This document shows positions 1 through 8,783 of a DNA stretch of 64,000 bases, piece by piece. A program made the position numbers and the translations under genes. Numbering within the stretch: position 1 is the first letter of the stretch; each line of letters begins with the position of its first letter. The DNA lies in the NCBI GenBank assembly GCA_977020255.1, contig CDROCS010000253.1, forward strand, positions 372,001 to 436,000, written 5' to 3'. The notes beneath the pieces are model-generated. The model was not told where the DNA came from, did no database searches, and worked only from the letters and a program-made list of their open reading frames with translations. This DNA comes from Obrimoposthia wandeli. Lineage: Eukaryota.

Positions 1-1
1 T

Positions 2-163
2 TCGGTAATATTACAACCACTTGAACAAGCAGAGAAGCAACTGATTGAAAAAGCGATGACGGTCACTGGCGGTCAAGTTATTGAGGCGGCAAAGTTACTC
101 GATATTTCTCGTAATGCACTTTACCGACGTTTAGAGAAGTTTGCCATTCAACATGCCGAATAA
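2..163 (+). CDS. C-terminal end (partial) of a sigma-54-dependent Fis-family response regulator
   Basis: Frame from nt 2 reads SVILQPLEQAEKQLIEKAMTVTGGQVIEAAKLLDISRNALYRRLEKF...*, a Fis-type HTH; it overlaps the downstream kinase start. Confidence 0.85.
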   Translation, partial: SVILQPLEQAEKQLIEKAMTVTGGQVIEAAKLLDISRNALYRRLEKFAIQHAE

Positions 164-1511
164 CAGGCAGAACAATATGAATAAGCCGACAAAGTCCTTC
201 AAGTTAAAGTTAAGCCTAAAACTTAGCCATGAACAGTGGTTGATCTTTAGTTTAGCTAGTACTTTATTGGTGGTCTTGGCTTTAATTACTGCACTAACTT
301 ACAGCATCGGCTGGAGTAAATTAGCGATCGCTACGTTAATTTTTTTTATGTCTTATCCGCTCATTTGGCTTGCTTGGCGTAGTTATAGTTTTTGGCGACA
401 AGCCATTATGCAACTGACTACCTATACGCAAGTTATCCGCGAAGGTGAAACAAATCTACGCTTTAAAGTACAACACCAAGACAACTTGTTGGCTGAATTA
501 CAACAGGAAATATCGGCTTTAGCTATAGGTAATACACATAAAGTACAACAAAACCAAACACTGGAAAATGTACTTAGCCATATCCTCGATTCTTGGCCTA
601 TTCCTGTGTGCTTATTTGATGAAAATAATCAGTTAAGTTATCGCAATATCGCCATGAAAGAAAAAATCCAACAACCTATGCTTATTGGTGCCGCCGCAAA
701 AGACTTAGGCTTCTCTATGGAAAATGGTAACTTAAGCCACAGCCAGTTCAATCAACAATGGCAGTGCCAGAGCATCAGTTACCTCTTTCAGCAAAAAAAG
801 TGTCATATTTTTTCAGCTTTAGATATCTCTCAACCCTTGCATCAACAACAAAGTATTACCCAGCAAAACCTTATTCGCGTACTAGCCCATGAACTGCGTA
901 ATTCCTTAACGCCAATGGCCTCCATGGCCGACACCCTATTATGCCATGACAGTTTTAACGAAGATCAGGTTCGCTTAGTATTAAGTCGGATAAGACAGCG
1001 AAGTAATCGCTTACTGAGCTTCATTGAACAGTACAGTCAGTTGAGTCACTTACCTACTCCGCAATCAAGCTGGTTTGATTTTAATGATTTACTTGATGAA
1101 GCCAAAGCCATGATCACCGAGCCTTGCACCATACATTATCAAGGCAATAACCAATGTTTTGCTGACGCACAACAAATGGCGCAAATACTCATTAATATTT
1201 TCAAGAATTCTCAAGAAGCTTGTGATGAAGAACATTGTCAGATTGACGTTAGTCTATTCTACCGACAAGTGAATGCTGGAGGCCACCAACAAACCAAACA
1301 GATAATTGAAATTACCGACAATGGCCCTGGTTTTGCTAACCTTGATAATGCTTTAACCCCTTTTTATACCACTAAAAGTCATGGTTCAGGTATCGGGCTA
1401 TCACTGTGCGCTGAAATAACGCGCAATCATGGTGGTGAGTTTGTTTTAGAAAATATCGACAATGGCGCAAAAATCACTATGTCATGGCCAGTAGACAATA
1501 CAATCCACTAA
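153..1511 (+). CDS. Membrane sensor histidine kinase (two-component partner of the upstream regulator)
   Basis: Two N-terminal TM segments, H-box LAHELRNSLTPM, N-box LINIFKNS, DNGPG, FYTTK, GSGIGL; start ATG 153 or 177 rather than TTG 141. Confidence 0.9.
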   Translation: MPNNRQNNMNKPTKSFKLKLSLKLSHEQWLIFSLASTLLVVLALITALTYSIGWSKLAIATLIFFMSYPLIWLAWRSYSFWRQAIMQLTTYTQVIREGETNLRFKVQHQDNLLAELQQEISALAIGNTHKVQQNQTLENVLSHILDSWPIPVCLFDENNQLSYRNIAMKEKIQQPMLIGAAAKDLGFSMENGNLSHSQFNQQWQCQSISYLFQQKKCHIFSALDISQPLHQQQSITQQNLIRVLAHELRNSLTPMASMADTLLCHDSFNEDQVRLVLSRIRQRSNRLLSFIEQYSQLSHLPTPQSSWFDFNDLLDEAKAMITEPCTIHYQGNNQCFADAQQMAQILINIFKNSQEACDEEHCQIDVSLFYRQVNAGGHQQTKQIIEITDNGPGFANLDNALTPFYTTKSHGSGIGLSLCAEITRNHGGEFVLENIDNGAKITMSWPVDNTIH

Positions 1512-1574
1512 GGTATGCAAGGTGTTTAAACTTGAATTTATTGATAATAGCTAAAACTTAAGTTATGCACATAA

Positions 1575-1607
1575 AAAAATCCGATGAATATTATTCATCG
1601 GATTTTT
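1575..1607. terminator. Bidirectional intrinsic terminator
   Basis: 15-bp perfect inverted repeat AAAAATCCGATGAAT-att-ATTCATCGGATTTTT between convergent genes. Confidence 0.85.
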
Positions 1608-1665
1608 ATCTAATCGCCATTACCCAACTGTTTGGGAGGACGATAAGCTAACTAAATTACAGAGA

Positions 1666-1731
1666 TTACTTTAGACAAATAAATGGGTAACTCCTATTCG
1701 TCTCGCCATCGCCACCATCAACCTTTATTAG
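1666..1731 (-). pseudogene. Orphan remnant resembling an alternative C-terminal tip of the large surface protein
   Basis: Reads LIKVDGGDGETNRSYPFICLK*, paralleling the end of the upstream gene (WRITDGHTISNLYLSICIK*). Confidence 0.45.
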
Positions 1732-1733
1732 TC

Positions 1734-1770
1734 AGTCATTGAAACACACACATTGTGTGATTCAATGACT
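1734..1770. terminator. Stem-loop downstream of the large surface protein gene (possible terminator)
   Basis: AGTCATTGAA-a-CACAC-acatt-GTGTG-a-TTCAATGACT inverted repeat. Confidence 0.45.
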
Positions 1771-1855
1771 TATTCAACTATCTTAGAGAAAATTTGATAG
1801 GCATATTTAAGAATGTAAATCATCCTCTTGTTTGTCTGCCTCTTATTTTCCTGTG

Positions 1856-3103
1856 CTATTTAATACAAATAGATAGATAGAGATTCGAAATAGTGTGACC
1901 ATCTGTTATGCGCCACACGGAGGCGAGCCACATATCGTATATTATCGCTTTTTTGCTTTCAGCTATCCAATATTTTTCCTCTGCTAGGCCTAAAGTGTTT
2001 CCAAAACTTTTCAAATCAGCAGGAATATCATTTTCAGCAATGATTCTAGAGTATGTGCTACTGCAATAGTTAGTAGCGTCCACTTGATTTTTTGCATCAT
2101 TAACAACGATGTAACATGTACCTCCAATGTCAGTACCTGAACAGCTGGTATCTTTTGTGAAGGCTACCGATGAAGACAAAATTTCCCCTGCCTTATTATT
2201 ACTAGCTATTTCTTTAACACGTACCTGAACATAACCAGAGGCTATGTCAACATCACCAACATCAACTGGATTCGTTGTTGCGTCAACCCAATCAGCGCCA
2301 TTATTCACGCTATATTGATAATCTGACGCATTATCAAAGTCAGAAACATTAGTCCAAGCAAAGGTATCGGCGCTATCGTCAACCACACCATTAGTGGGGG
2401 CATCTGGTTTTTCTGATACATTAAAATCAATATCTGAAATAACAACTTCACCGGCTGGTGTTAGCTCAGTTTTGGCAACACGAATGACAATGCTGTCGGC
2501 GCTTGCCGCAATATTACCAATATTAATGATAAAGCTAGTCACAGCATGCCATGTGACGTCATTACCAGCTGCTACAAAGTTAGTGCTATATTGATAATCA
2601 CTTGCCTTGCTGAAGTTGGTAATCGCGCTAAAGCTTAGTGTATCACTGCTATCGTCACCTATAACATTGCTCGGTGCTTGTGGTTTTGCAACCGTAATAT
2701 AACGTGCCAGTGCCATACTACTATCAGTTACATCGGTCGCGGTATTACTAGTAAAGCCATAACGCTGCGCTTCATCGCTCTCAGTTACCTGATTTAACCA
2801 GTAACTTCCAACACTATCATCGATATTATGAAGCGGAAAGATTAGCTTATTTTCAATATTTAACTGTCCTTTAGGCATTTTTTCGGTGGTCAGTGGTGCT
2901 GAGGCCAAATTATAGCCTTCATACCCCCAGCCTGTACCTTTAACACTCCAAGTACCATCCTCATTTATCGCATGGAAGAAATAATTATTATCTTTCTGTT
3001 CACTGGTCCAATAACTGGGGGAATGACTCCAGTCATTTTTTGGCTGTTGGTGTAATCGACAGTCGCCAATGACTCTAGCAGGTTGACCGTAGGGATAGTC
3101 CAA
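1856..3103 (-). CDS. Open 3' fragment of the large surface protein (end of DUF1566-like domain, two Ig/FN3-like modules, lectin-like C-terminus)
   Basis: YWTS motif; modules APSNVIGDD...SDYQYS and APTNGVVDD...SDYQYS; C-terminal CSGTDIGGTCY...YC...YWI...ICIK; probably no genuine start of its own. Confidence 0.6.
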   Translation of the reverse strand: MDYPYGQPARVIGDCRLHQQPKNDWSHSPSYWTSEQKDNNYFFHAINEDGTWSVKGTGWGYEGYNLASAPLTTEKMPKGQLNIENKLIFPLHNIDDSVGSYWLNQVTESDEAQRYGFTSNTATDVTDSSMALARYITVAKPQAPSNVIGDDSSDTLSFSAITNFSKASDYQYSTNFVAAGNDVTWHAVTSFIINIGNIAASADSIVIRVAKTELTPAGEVVISDIDFNVSEKPDAPTNGVVDDSADTFAWTNVSDFDNASDYQYSVNNGADWVDATTNPVDVGDVDIASGYVQVRVKEIASNNKAGEILSSSVAFTKDTSCSGTDIGGTCYIVVNDAKNQVDATNYCSSTYSRIIAENDIPADLKSFGNTLGLAEEKYWIAESKKAIIYDMWLASVWRITDGHTISNLYLSICIK

Positions 3104-4637
3104 TCATTAAAGCCACAAATAACCGTCACTTTTGAAGCAAGCTGCCATGGTGCGCTAAACCGCCAGTTGAGTGGGGTAGTAGTCTTTGTAGCCGTGCCGG
3201 AATACCTTGCTTTGCAGCCGTTTGCCATAGGCGTTTGTTCCATTAGCGACCAAATACGACTTTTACCTTCGTGTCTAAGGTCAGCAACACAGCGCCACCC
3301 TTGTAGATATGTGGCACTCGTTGGCATGTAATGACCCGCTAAATCAAGTTTGGCAAAGTGTGTACCTACCATGGCATCTGCAACGGTGGTAACAAATTTT
3401 GACACTATTATAATGTGCTTTAAGATCGCCATTACTCGTGCCATTTGCTAGTGGGAAGGTGACTTTATCTTGCGTTAACCTGTGACCATTTTGCAATAAC
3501 GCCCATATAGTGCGCGTTTTTAGCCAAAGCGTCACTGGTGCAGACAACGCCAGCCCTAGGCTTTCTGACTTAGTTGACTATTGGCTTGAGTATTAAGTCC
3601 ACTTTTTGGCATACCAAGCGTGTTGCTCAATGTTGCGTTAGCTTGCTCTGTGCCACCTAGGGCATTTATCACAACCGCTAATGGCAGTGATTTACCTATG
3701 TCATCGAGTCGTGTTTTTTGACCCGATAACGCCGTAATAACATCGCTAACAGCGGTTTTATCCGCAGCAGTTTCTTGTCTTACTGGCTAATGCTGCATCA
3801 AGCGAGGCTTTTAACCGTAAAGAACTTTTGTGCCACATATCGTTCCGTTAATTGCTTGAAGTCGCTAACTGCTTGCTCACGCATTTTTTTACTAGCCAGT
3901 TCGCTATTTGCATTGTCGTAAGCGGTGATTGCATCAGCAGATTGCGCAGCTTGTAATTGCGTGTATTTGCTTTCATTGCTGGCAACTAGACCGGCAACAC
4001 GACCATTTTCAGCATTGGCTTTAACCCGTAATTTCACACCACCAATGGCAATATCAAAATTACCAACAAGCAAAGGCTTACTAGTAACAACTTGATAACT
4101 ACCACCATTAATACTGTATTCGTAATCACTTACTTTGTAGTGCTAGCAATCAGCTGTGCATTAACCAATAATTCCCCCGCATTTAAACTTGTTTGACTAC
4201 TGGCTAAGTTATTATTAATCGCCACATAATCATTAACATCGTAGTTAATGTCATCGTTAAACGAGCAGTAGTACTGGCAGCTTGGTTTGGTTTGATCTTC
4301 TGTAACTTGGCTAAAGGCTAGCATCATTATAACCGGGTATTGCCACCTTAAAATCATATTTTCTGATTTGAGGCTCACTAACTGTGGTGCTACCAGGAAT
4401 AGCAATGGTTAATGCTTGATGAAATGGTGACGATAGACTTGCTGCATTATCGATGCCAGCTTTTACCCGTACATAAAGGCCCGTATTTGCCTCTAGTGCA
4501 ATATTACCGAGTACAATAGGCTTCGCATCGACATTCTTCCACTCACGATTATCAAAACTATATTCATACATTTCTACTTGCTCAACCAGTAAGTTGGTGT
4601 GGCGGCATTGTGGTCAATTAAGCAGCTTGTGTCTGGT

Positions 4638-6506
4638 TTATTCCAATTGCCATAAACATTTAAAGCTTGAGTTGTGCGCTGCTGTGTAAGCAACATCATT
4701 AAACATAATCGCCATCTGGCTCTGATGCCCATTTTTGGCAACACGCACGCCAACTTGACCAATAGCAAAGTCATCGTTACCGACGTTAATAACTATAGAA
4801 TTGGCGTACTTCATCGAAGACCAAGTAGAGCCAGTATTGGTAGTATACTCATAATATTCAGCTAGTTTAAAATCAGCTAATGGCGTAAAAGTAAAAGTAT
4901 TCTTTTTGTCGTCAATAACAGGTTTTGTTGGTGCTAATGGCGCTACTGGAATTGGCTTAACAAATGCTTCTTGGTTACTCAGTGCTATACCTGCGCTATT
5001 GCCCACTTCAGGGTTACTAATAACTCTAACTTGTACTTGATTTATCGCATAAGTTTTTTCTGCTAAGACGATTGGGTTAACACTAACTGTTTGCCAAGTG
5101 TTACCTGTATCGCTTGAGTATTGGTAGTTAGTCAATTCGCTAAAAGTTGTAACTAAGTCAAAACCAAAGCTACTACTAGTACTAACACCACCATTAGCAA
5201 TCACACCATTACTTGGCGCACTAGGTTGTAATAAATAGGCGCTATCATTCACTAATATTGCCCCGGCATTACGGTCTATTTGATCATCTGCTTTAACTCG
5301 AACTTGTACTGTGCCCGCTAGATAATGCTGATTTGTCAAAATCAGTGGGTTAGTCGCAGCATCCTGCCAGTTAGTACCCTTATCTGTGGAGTATTGGTAA
5401 TCACTCACGTTGTTATAGCCAGTCACAAGAGTCCAACCAAAGGTATTAGCACTATCATCAATAACAGCATTTGTTGGCGCTGCTGGATCTGGTGTTACCG
5501 GATCTGGTGTTACCGGATCTGGTGTTACCGGATCTGGTGTTACCGGATCTGGTGTTACCGGATCTGGTGTTACCGGATCTGGTGTTACCGGATCTGGTGT
5601 TACCGGATCTGGCGTTACCGGATCTGGTGTTACCGGATCTGGCGTAACTGGATCTGGCTTAACTGGCTCAGGAATAATTACAGGGGTAATTTCACCGTTA
5701 TCTATTTCGCTTTTTGAAACAATTAAGCTAGGCGTGGTTTTTAAAAATAGCGCAGCTAGTGTGCTTGTCTCGCCACCCGTGCTGATAGCGTCATCTACTT
5801 GCTCACTAACTTGTTCTACCGGAAAGTTAGCTAACTTATCGGTAAATAATTTTGCTACTTGCGGCTTTTCTTCATCGCTAGTATTCGTTGCAGACTGTGC
5901 TAAACCTTGGGCAATAATATCAGTAACTACTTGGGAAAAAAGGTGAATCTTACTGTATTCTTGTTTTTGTTCTACCGTTAAAGTAGTGTCATTTTTTGCC
6001 GCGACAAAATCACTATAGAGCATGCTACTATCAGTTAAACCTAGTTGTTGCACTAGCGCTTGCTCAGCTTTGGTACTGTCTCCTAGCATTGTTGTTTTAG
6101 CATAAACTAAGGTAGTTAGCGGTGAAACCACCTCAGGTTTTTTATAATCACTTAATAGGTAATAGGCTTGGCTGATGGTTTGATCAGGATGATCGCTATC
6201 TATGGTAATACCTGCTGAAGTGGTCACTAATAATGGCACTTTAACATCTAACCCCTCGGGAGCAACTATTTCAAAACGCCCCTCTTTATCAGTAACTACT
6301 TGGTATTCACTCTCGCCATCACACTGAAAATTACTATTTAAATCTATACAAGCTTTTGCCATGGCTAAATAACCATCGACGGCAACACCAGATATTTTTT
6401 GAGTTTTTGCTACGGGAGCAGGTTCTGTTTTATTGTCAGATCCACAGCCAGTTAAGCCTAATAATAAAGGCGACAGTGCCAGTAATTGAGGGCTGATAAG
6501 TTTCAT
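4638..6506 (-). CDS. Open 5' part of the large surface lipoprotein (lipobox, CxDxNxNxxC domain, PDPVT linker, three Ig/FN3-like modules)
   Basis: MKLISPQLLALSPLLLGLTG-C lipobox with AAGGAAG RBS; GVAVDGYL..AKACIDLNSNFQCD...SPLTTLV; three ~85-aa repeats. Confidence 0.8.
   Translation of the reverse strand: MKLISPQLLALSPLLLGLTGCGSDNKTEPAPVAKTQKISGVAVDGYLAMAKACIDLNSNFQCDGESEYQVVTDKEGRFEIVAPEGLDVKVPLLVTTSAGITIDSDHPDQTISQAYYLLSDYKKPEVVSPLTTLVYAKTTMLGDSTKAEQALVQQLGLTDSSMLYSDFVAAKNDTTLTVEQKQEYSKIHLFSQVVTDIIAQGLAQSATNTSDEEKPQVAKLFTDKLANFPVEQVSEQVDDAISTGGETSTLAALFLKTTPSLIVSKSEIDNGEITPVIIPEPVKPDPVTPDPVTPDPVTPDPVTPDPVTPDPVTPDPVTPDPVTPDPVTPDPVTPDPVTPDPAAPTNAVIDDSANTFGWTLVTGYNNVSDYQYSTDKGTNWQDAATNPLILTNQHYLAGTVQVRVKADDQIDRNAGAILVNDSAYLLQPSAPSNGVIANGGVSTSSSFGFDLVTTFSELTNYQYSSDTGNTWQTVSVNPIVLAEKTYAINQVQVRVISNPEVGNSAGIALSNQEAFVKPIPVAPLAPTKPVIDDKKNTFTFTPLADFKLAEYYEYTTNTGSTWSSMKYANSIVINVGNDDFAIGQVGVRVAKNGHQSQMAIMFNDVAYTAAHNSSFKCLWQLE
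5485..5664 (-). repeat. 15-bp coding tandem repeat, 12 units, encoding a (PDPVT)n linker
   Basis: Plus-strand unit GGATCTGGTGTTACC repeated, with degenerate units at 5605, 5635 and 5650. Confidence 0.97.
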
Positions 6507-6617
6507 GATTTTACTTCCTTTATTAACCAAATATACCTAACCCTACATTGCTTTAAGCTCTTTAATTAATAAAAGAATGACTCAGCTAATCGTTAAGTAC
6601 CTATAAAAAATACGCCG

Positions 6618-6643
6618 TAATTATAATGCGAATCATTTTCGTT
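6618..6643 (-). promoter_or_regulatory. Fur-box-like operator overlapping a TATAAT -10 element of the large lipoprotein gene
   Basis: AATGCGAATCATTTTCGTT (6625-6643) matches AATGAGAATnATTnTCATT at 15/17 defined positions; minus-strand TATAAT at 6620-6625. Confidence 0.65.
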
Positions 6644-6803
6644 TACGAGTTTTTTTGTTGTTTTAATTAACTATTTAGTAAGCATTACCTATTGAAATGA
6701 TAAAATGGTGCTTTAACCTTCATTTGGCTATTTAACCTTAACCATCTCTAACAGAATTCAGGTTATTTACGGTGATATGCTGTATGCATTATTTAAGTAA
6801 ATT

Positions 6804-6823
6804 GATAAGAGATAATCATTATT
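6804..6823. promoter_or_regulatory. Second, weaker Fur-box-like site
   Basis: GATAAGAGATAATCATTATT contains 12/13 of the right part of GATAATGATAATCATTATC. Confidence 0.4.
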
Positions 6824-6937
6824 GAGCACTAATTTAGTTTTTTTCATACTGGCTTATGGAGCTAAAATTAAAACGTAAACACAATAGATATCCCCATTAC
6901 ATCAAGATAAATATTCAAGATGCTTGAGCTATTTCAG

Positions 6938-6966
6938 CCAATAAAAAACCGACGCTAAGTCGGTTT
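6938..6966 (-). terminator. Intrinsic terminator of the tad-apbE operon
   Basis: AAACCGAC-loop-GTCGGTTT followed by a U-tract on the minus strand. Confidence 0.8.
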
Positions 6967-7001
6967 ATCAGTTATTTAACTCGCTTGTCATAAACTGCCA
7001 G

Positions 7002-7826
7002 CTAAAAAACAAAGTGCCAATATATACCAGCATGGCGTGCATCAAGCTCAACCTCACCCGTTACCGTATCCAATATCTGTTGTGAGTCAGCAATACTGGT
7101 CGTCATATTAGCTTTATAGTCTATAAATACTGCACGTAATTCTACTTTACTGTGCCATTGTGGTAATTGATAAACTATTGAAGCGAGATAACCAGTCGCA
7201 TTACTAAAGTCAGCCTGTGAATTTATGACTAAACTTTCATCTGTGCGTGCTTGTCCTGAGATAAGTTCTTGTGCAGAAGGTATTAAGGCATCTGAAAACT
7301 CATTAAAAACCCTGAGTTCAGTATCTTCATCACTGCGAGCTGGCTTGACCAATAACGACGCTGATTGATCTGCCAACTTAAGGCTGAAATGACTTACTAA
7401 CCCCAAACCAAGCTGTAAATTATCACTTAATTGGTAATAAGGAATAAGCTCTACTTCGACACGCGTAAATTTCATATCTGGATCGCTAATACGATCCCAG
7501 TGATAGCCACCATTAAGCTGCACACTAAAGCGTTCATTGACTTTATAGTTTGCGCCTACCCCAAATACAGCAAAGCCACCCGTCTTAATTTTTTCACTGT
7601 AATCAACCGCTGTGACTTGCTCACCATCTCGACTATAAGTCACGTTAGTATTACCTAGCGCAAGCGTATCCCCTCCATTAGTTATGCCACCAAAAATGGA
7701 CCAAGATAGCTCACCTTGCCTTTGATGAACTTGGGCTTGAGCCAAGTTTGAACTGGCAAGTGTTAATCCTAAAGTAATAACAAAGACTAAGGGGGCTAAA
7801 ATAAACCCTGTTTGCTTATTTTTCAT
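7002..7826 (-). CDS. Outer-membrane beta-barrel protein, unknown function
   Basis: Signal peptide (..LAQA), alternating amphipathic strands, C-terminal GIYWHFVF; ATGA overlap with apbE. Confidence 0.7.
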   Translation of the reverse strand: MKNKQTGFILAPLVFVITLGLTLASSNLAQAQVHQRQGELSWSIFGGITNGGDTLALGNTNVTYSRDGEQVTAVDYSEKIKTGGFAVFGVGANYKVNERFSVQLNGGYHWDRISDPDMKFTRVEVELIPYYQLSDNLQLGLGLVSHFSLKLADQSASLLVKPARSDEDTELRVFNEFSDALIPSAQELISGQARTDESLVINSQADFSNATGYLASIVYQLPQWHSKVELRAVFIDYKANMTTSIADSQQILDTVTGEVELDARHAGIYWHFVF

Positions 7827-8776
7827 TGAATGACTTCCTTTTGGCTGTTGTTGATGCAGCCACTTTTAGATAAATATGCAGTATCTTGATGAAAATTAAG
7901 CGCATCATCAATAAAGATTGCTTTAATATTTTGTTGGGCAAAACTGCCATTTAATAGACTGGGTTTGATACTCAATGCGGTACTAAAAATACCACTGGTA
8001 AGTACGCTTTTACTTAACACAGAAACCGATAACACTTGTTGAGCAATACCTTGTTCAGAAAGAATATGCGAACCTCGCTCTTTGCCATAATTAAACTGCC
8101 GATGATAATGACCTGAGCTAGCTAAAGCTTGATCAGATAAAGCAATACTGCCACAAATATTATCCGCAACTTTTGGATGTTGGATAGCTACTCGAAAGAC
8201 ACTATTGTCCGGCTTGTTACCCCAAGAAATAATGTCGCCACCAAAGTTAATCAAACCGGCACTTATGCCTTTTTTTTTACATAGCGCCATCGCCAGATCA
8301 ACACTGTATTCTTTAACTACACCGCCCAGATCAAACTGAGTATTACTGTCATTAAAGTGCAAAAAGTTACCACTGATTGCCCAACTATCTAAACCCATCG
8401 CTCGCTGATATTTTTTAAATAGTTGCGATTTAGTTAACTGCGGCATTTGCAGTGCCATTTTTTTAATGGTGCCAACACAAATATCAAAAGTCCCTTGAGT
8501 TGCTTTTGACAATTCTCGCACCCGAGTAAGAATAGCTAAGCTTTCTGGCTCAAGGTGAACCTGCGATAAGGCTCGGTTATTTACCTCTCGATTTAACCAA
8601 GAGCTTTGCTGATAAAAATTATATTTATGCTCTAAAGCTAAAGTTTGTGCTTGCACACGTTCAGCCACTTCATTGGCATGTTCCGCGTTATCTGCCACTA
8701 ACAACAGCTCACAGTTAACCGTCATAGCACAAAACTGCCGACTATAAATGCGAGCTTGATCTGAATGACTAGCCAT
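7823..8776 (-). CDS. apbE: FAD:protein FMN transferase (ApbE family), no signal peptide
   Basis: FCAMT, FDICVG, DLGGVVKEY, INFGGDI, ALASSGHY, HI motifs. Confidence 0.9.
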   Translation of the reverse strand: MASHSDQARIYSRQFCAMTVNCELLLVADNAEHANEVAERVQAQTLALEHKYNFYQQSSWLNREVNNRALSQVHLEPESLAILTRVRELSKATQGTFDICVGTIKKMALQMPQLTKSQLFKKYQRAMGLDSWAISGNFLHFNDSNTQFDLGGVVKEYSVDLAMALCKKKGISAGLINFGGDIISWGNKPDNSVFRVAIQHPKVADNICGSIALSDQALASSGHYHRQFNYGKERGSHILSEQGIAQQVLSVSVLSKSVLTSGIFSTALSIKPSLLNGSFAQQNIKAIFIDDALNFHQDTAYLSKSGCINNSQKEVIQ

Positions 8777-8783
8777 TTTGACA

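Larger units (their letters stand above)
1856..6506 (-). pseudogene. Originally ~1550-codon surface lipoprotein/adhesin (Ig/FN3-like repeats, DUF1566-like domains, C-type-lectin-like C-terminus) with multiply frameshifted middle
   Basis: Homologous module sequence continues across frames between ~4680 and ~3040, with about nine disruptions including an in-frame TAG at 3556-3558; the ORF-track fragments 4574-4774, 4311-4571, 4130-4405, 3798-4073, 3344-3547 and 2965-3444 are consecutive pieces. Confidence 0.75.

Noticed and set aside
1666-3444. Diversity-generating retroelement (DUF1566/C-type lectin target plus nearby similar segment)
   Set aside because: The downstream remnant differs from the gene end at non-adenine positions and in length, so it is not a TR/VR pair; no reverse transcriptase in the window
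3556-3558. In-frame TAG as programmed readthrough or recoding
   Set aside because: Surrounded by many frameshifts; decay or assembly error is the simpler explanation
5485-5664. Direct repeats as a possible CRISPR array
   Set aside because: 15-bp units are contiguous with no spacers and are in-frame coding; no cas genes in the window
5325-5717. Plus-strand ORF with (CYRIW)n repeats, superficially a Cys-rich repeat peptide
   Set aside because: It is the antisense reading of the PDPVT tandem repeat within the lipoprotein gene; no RBS or independent support
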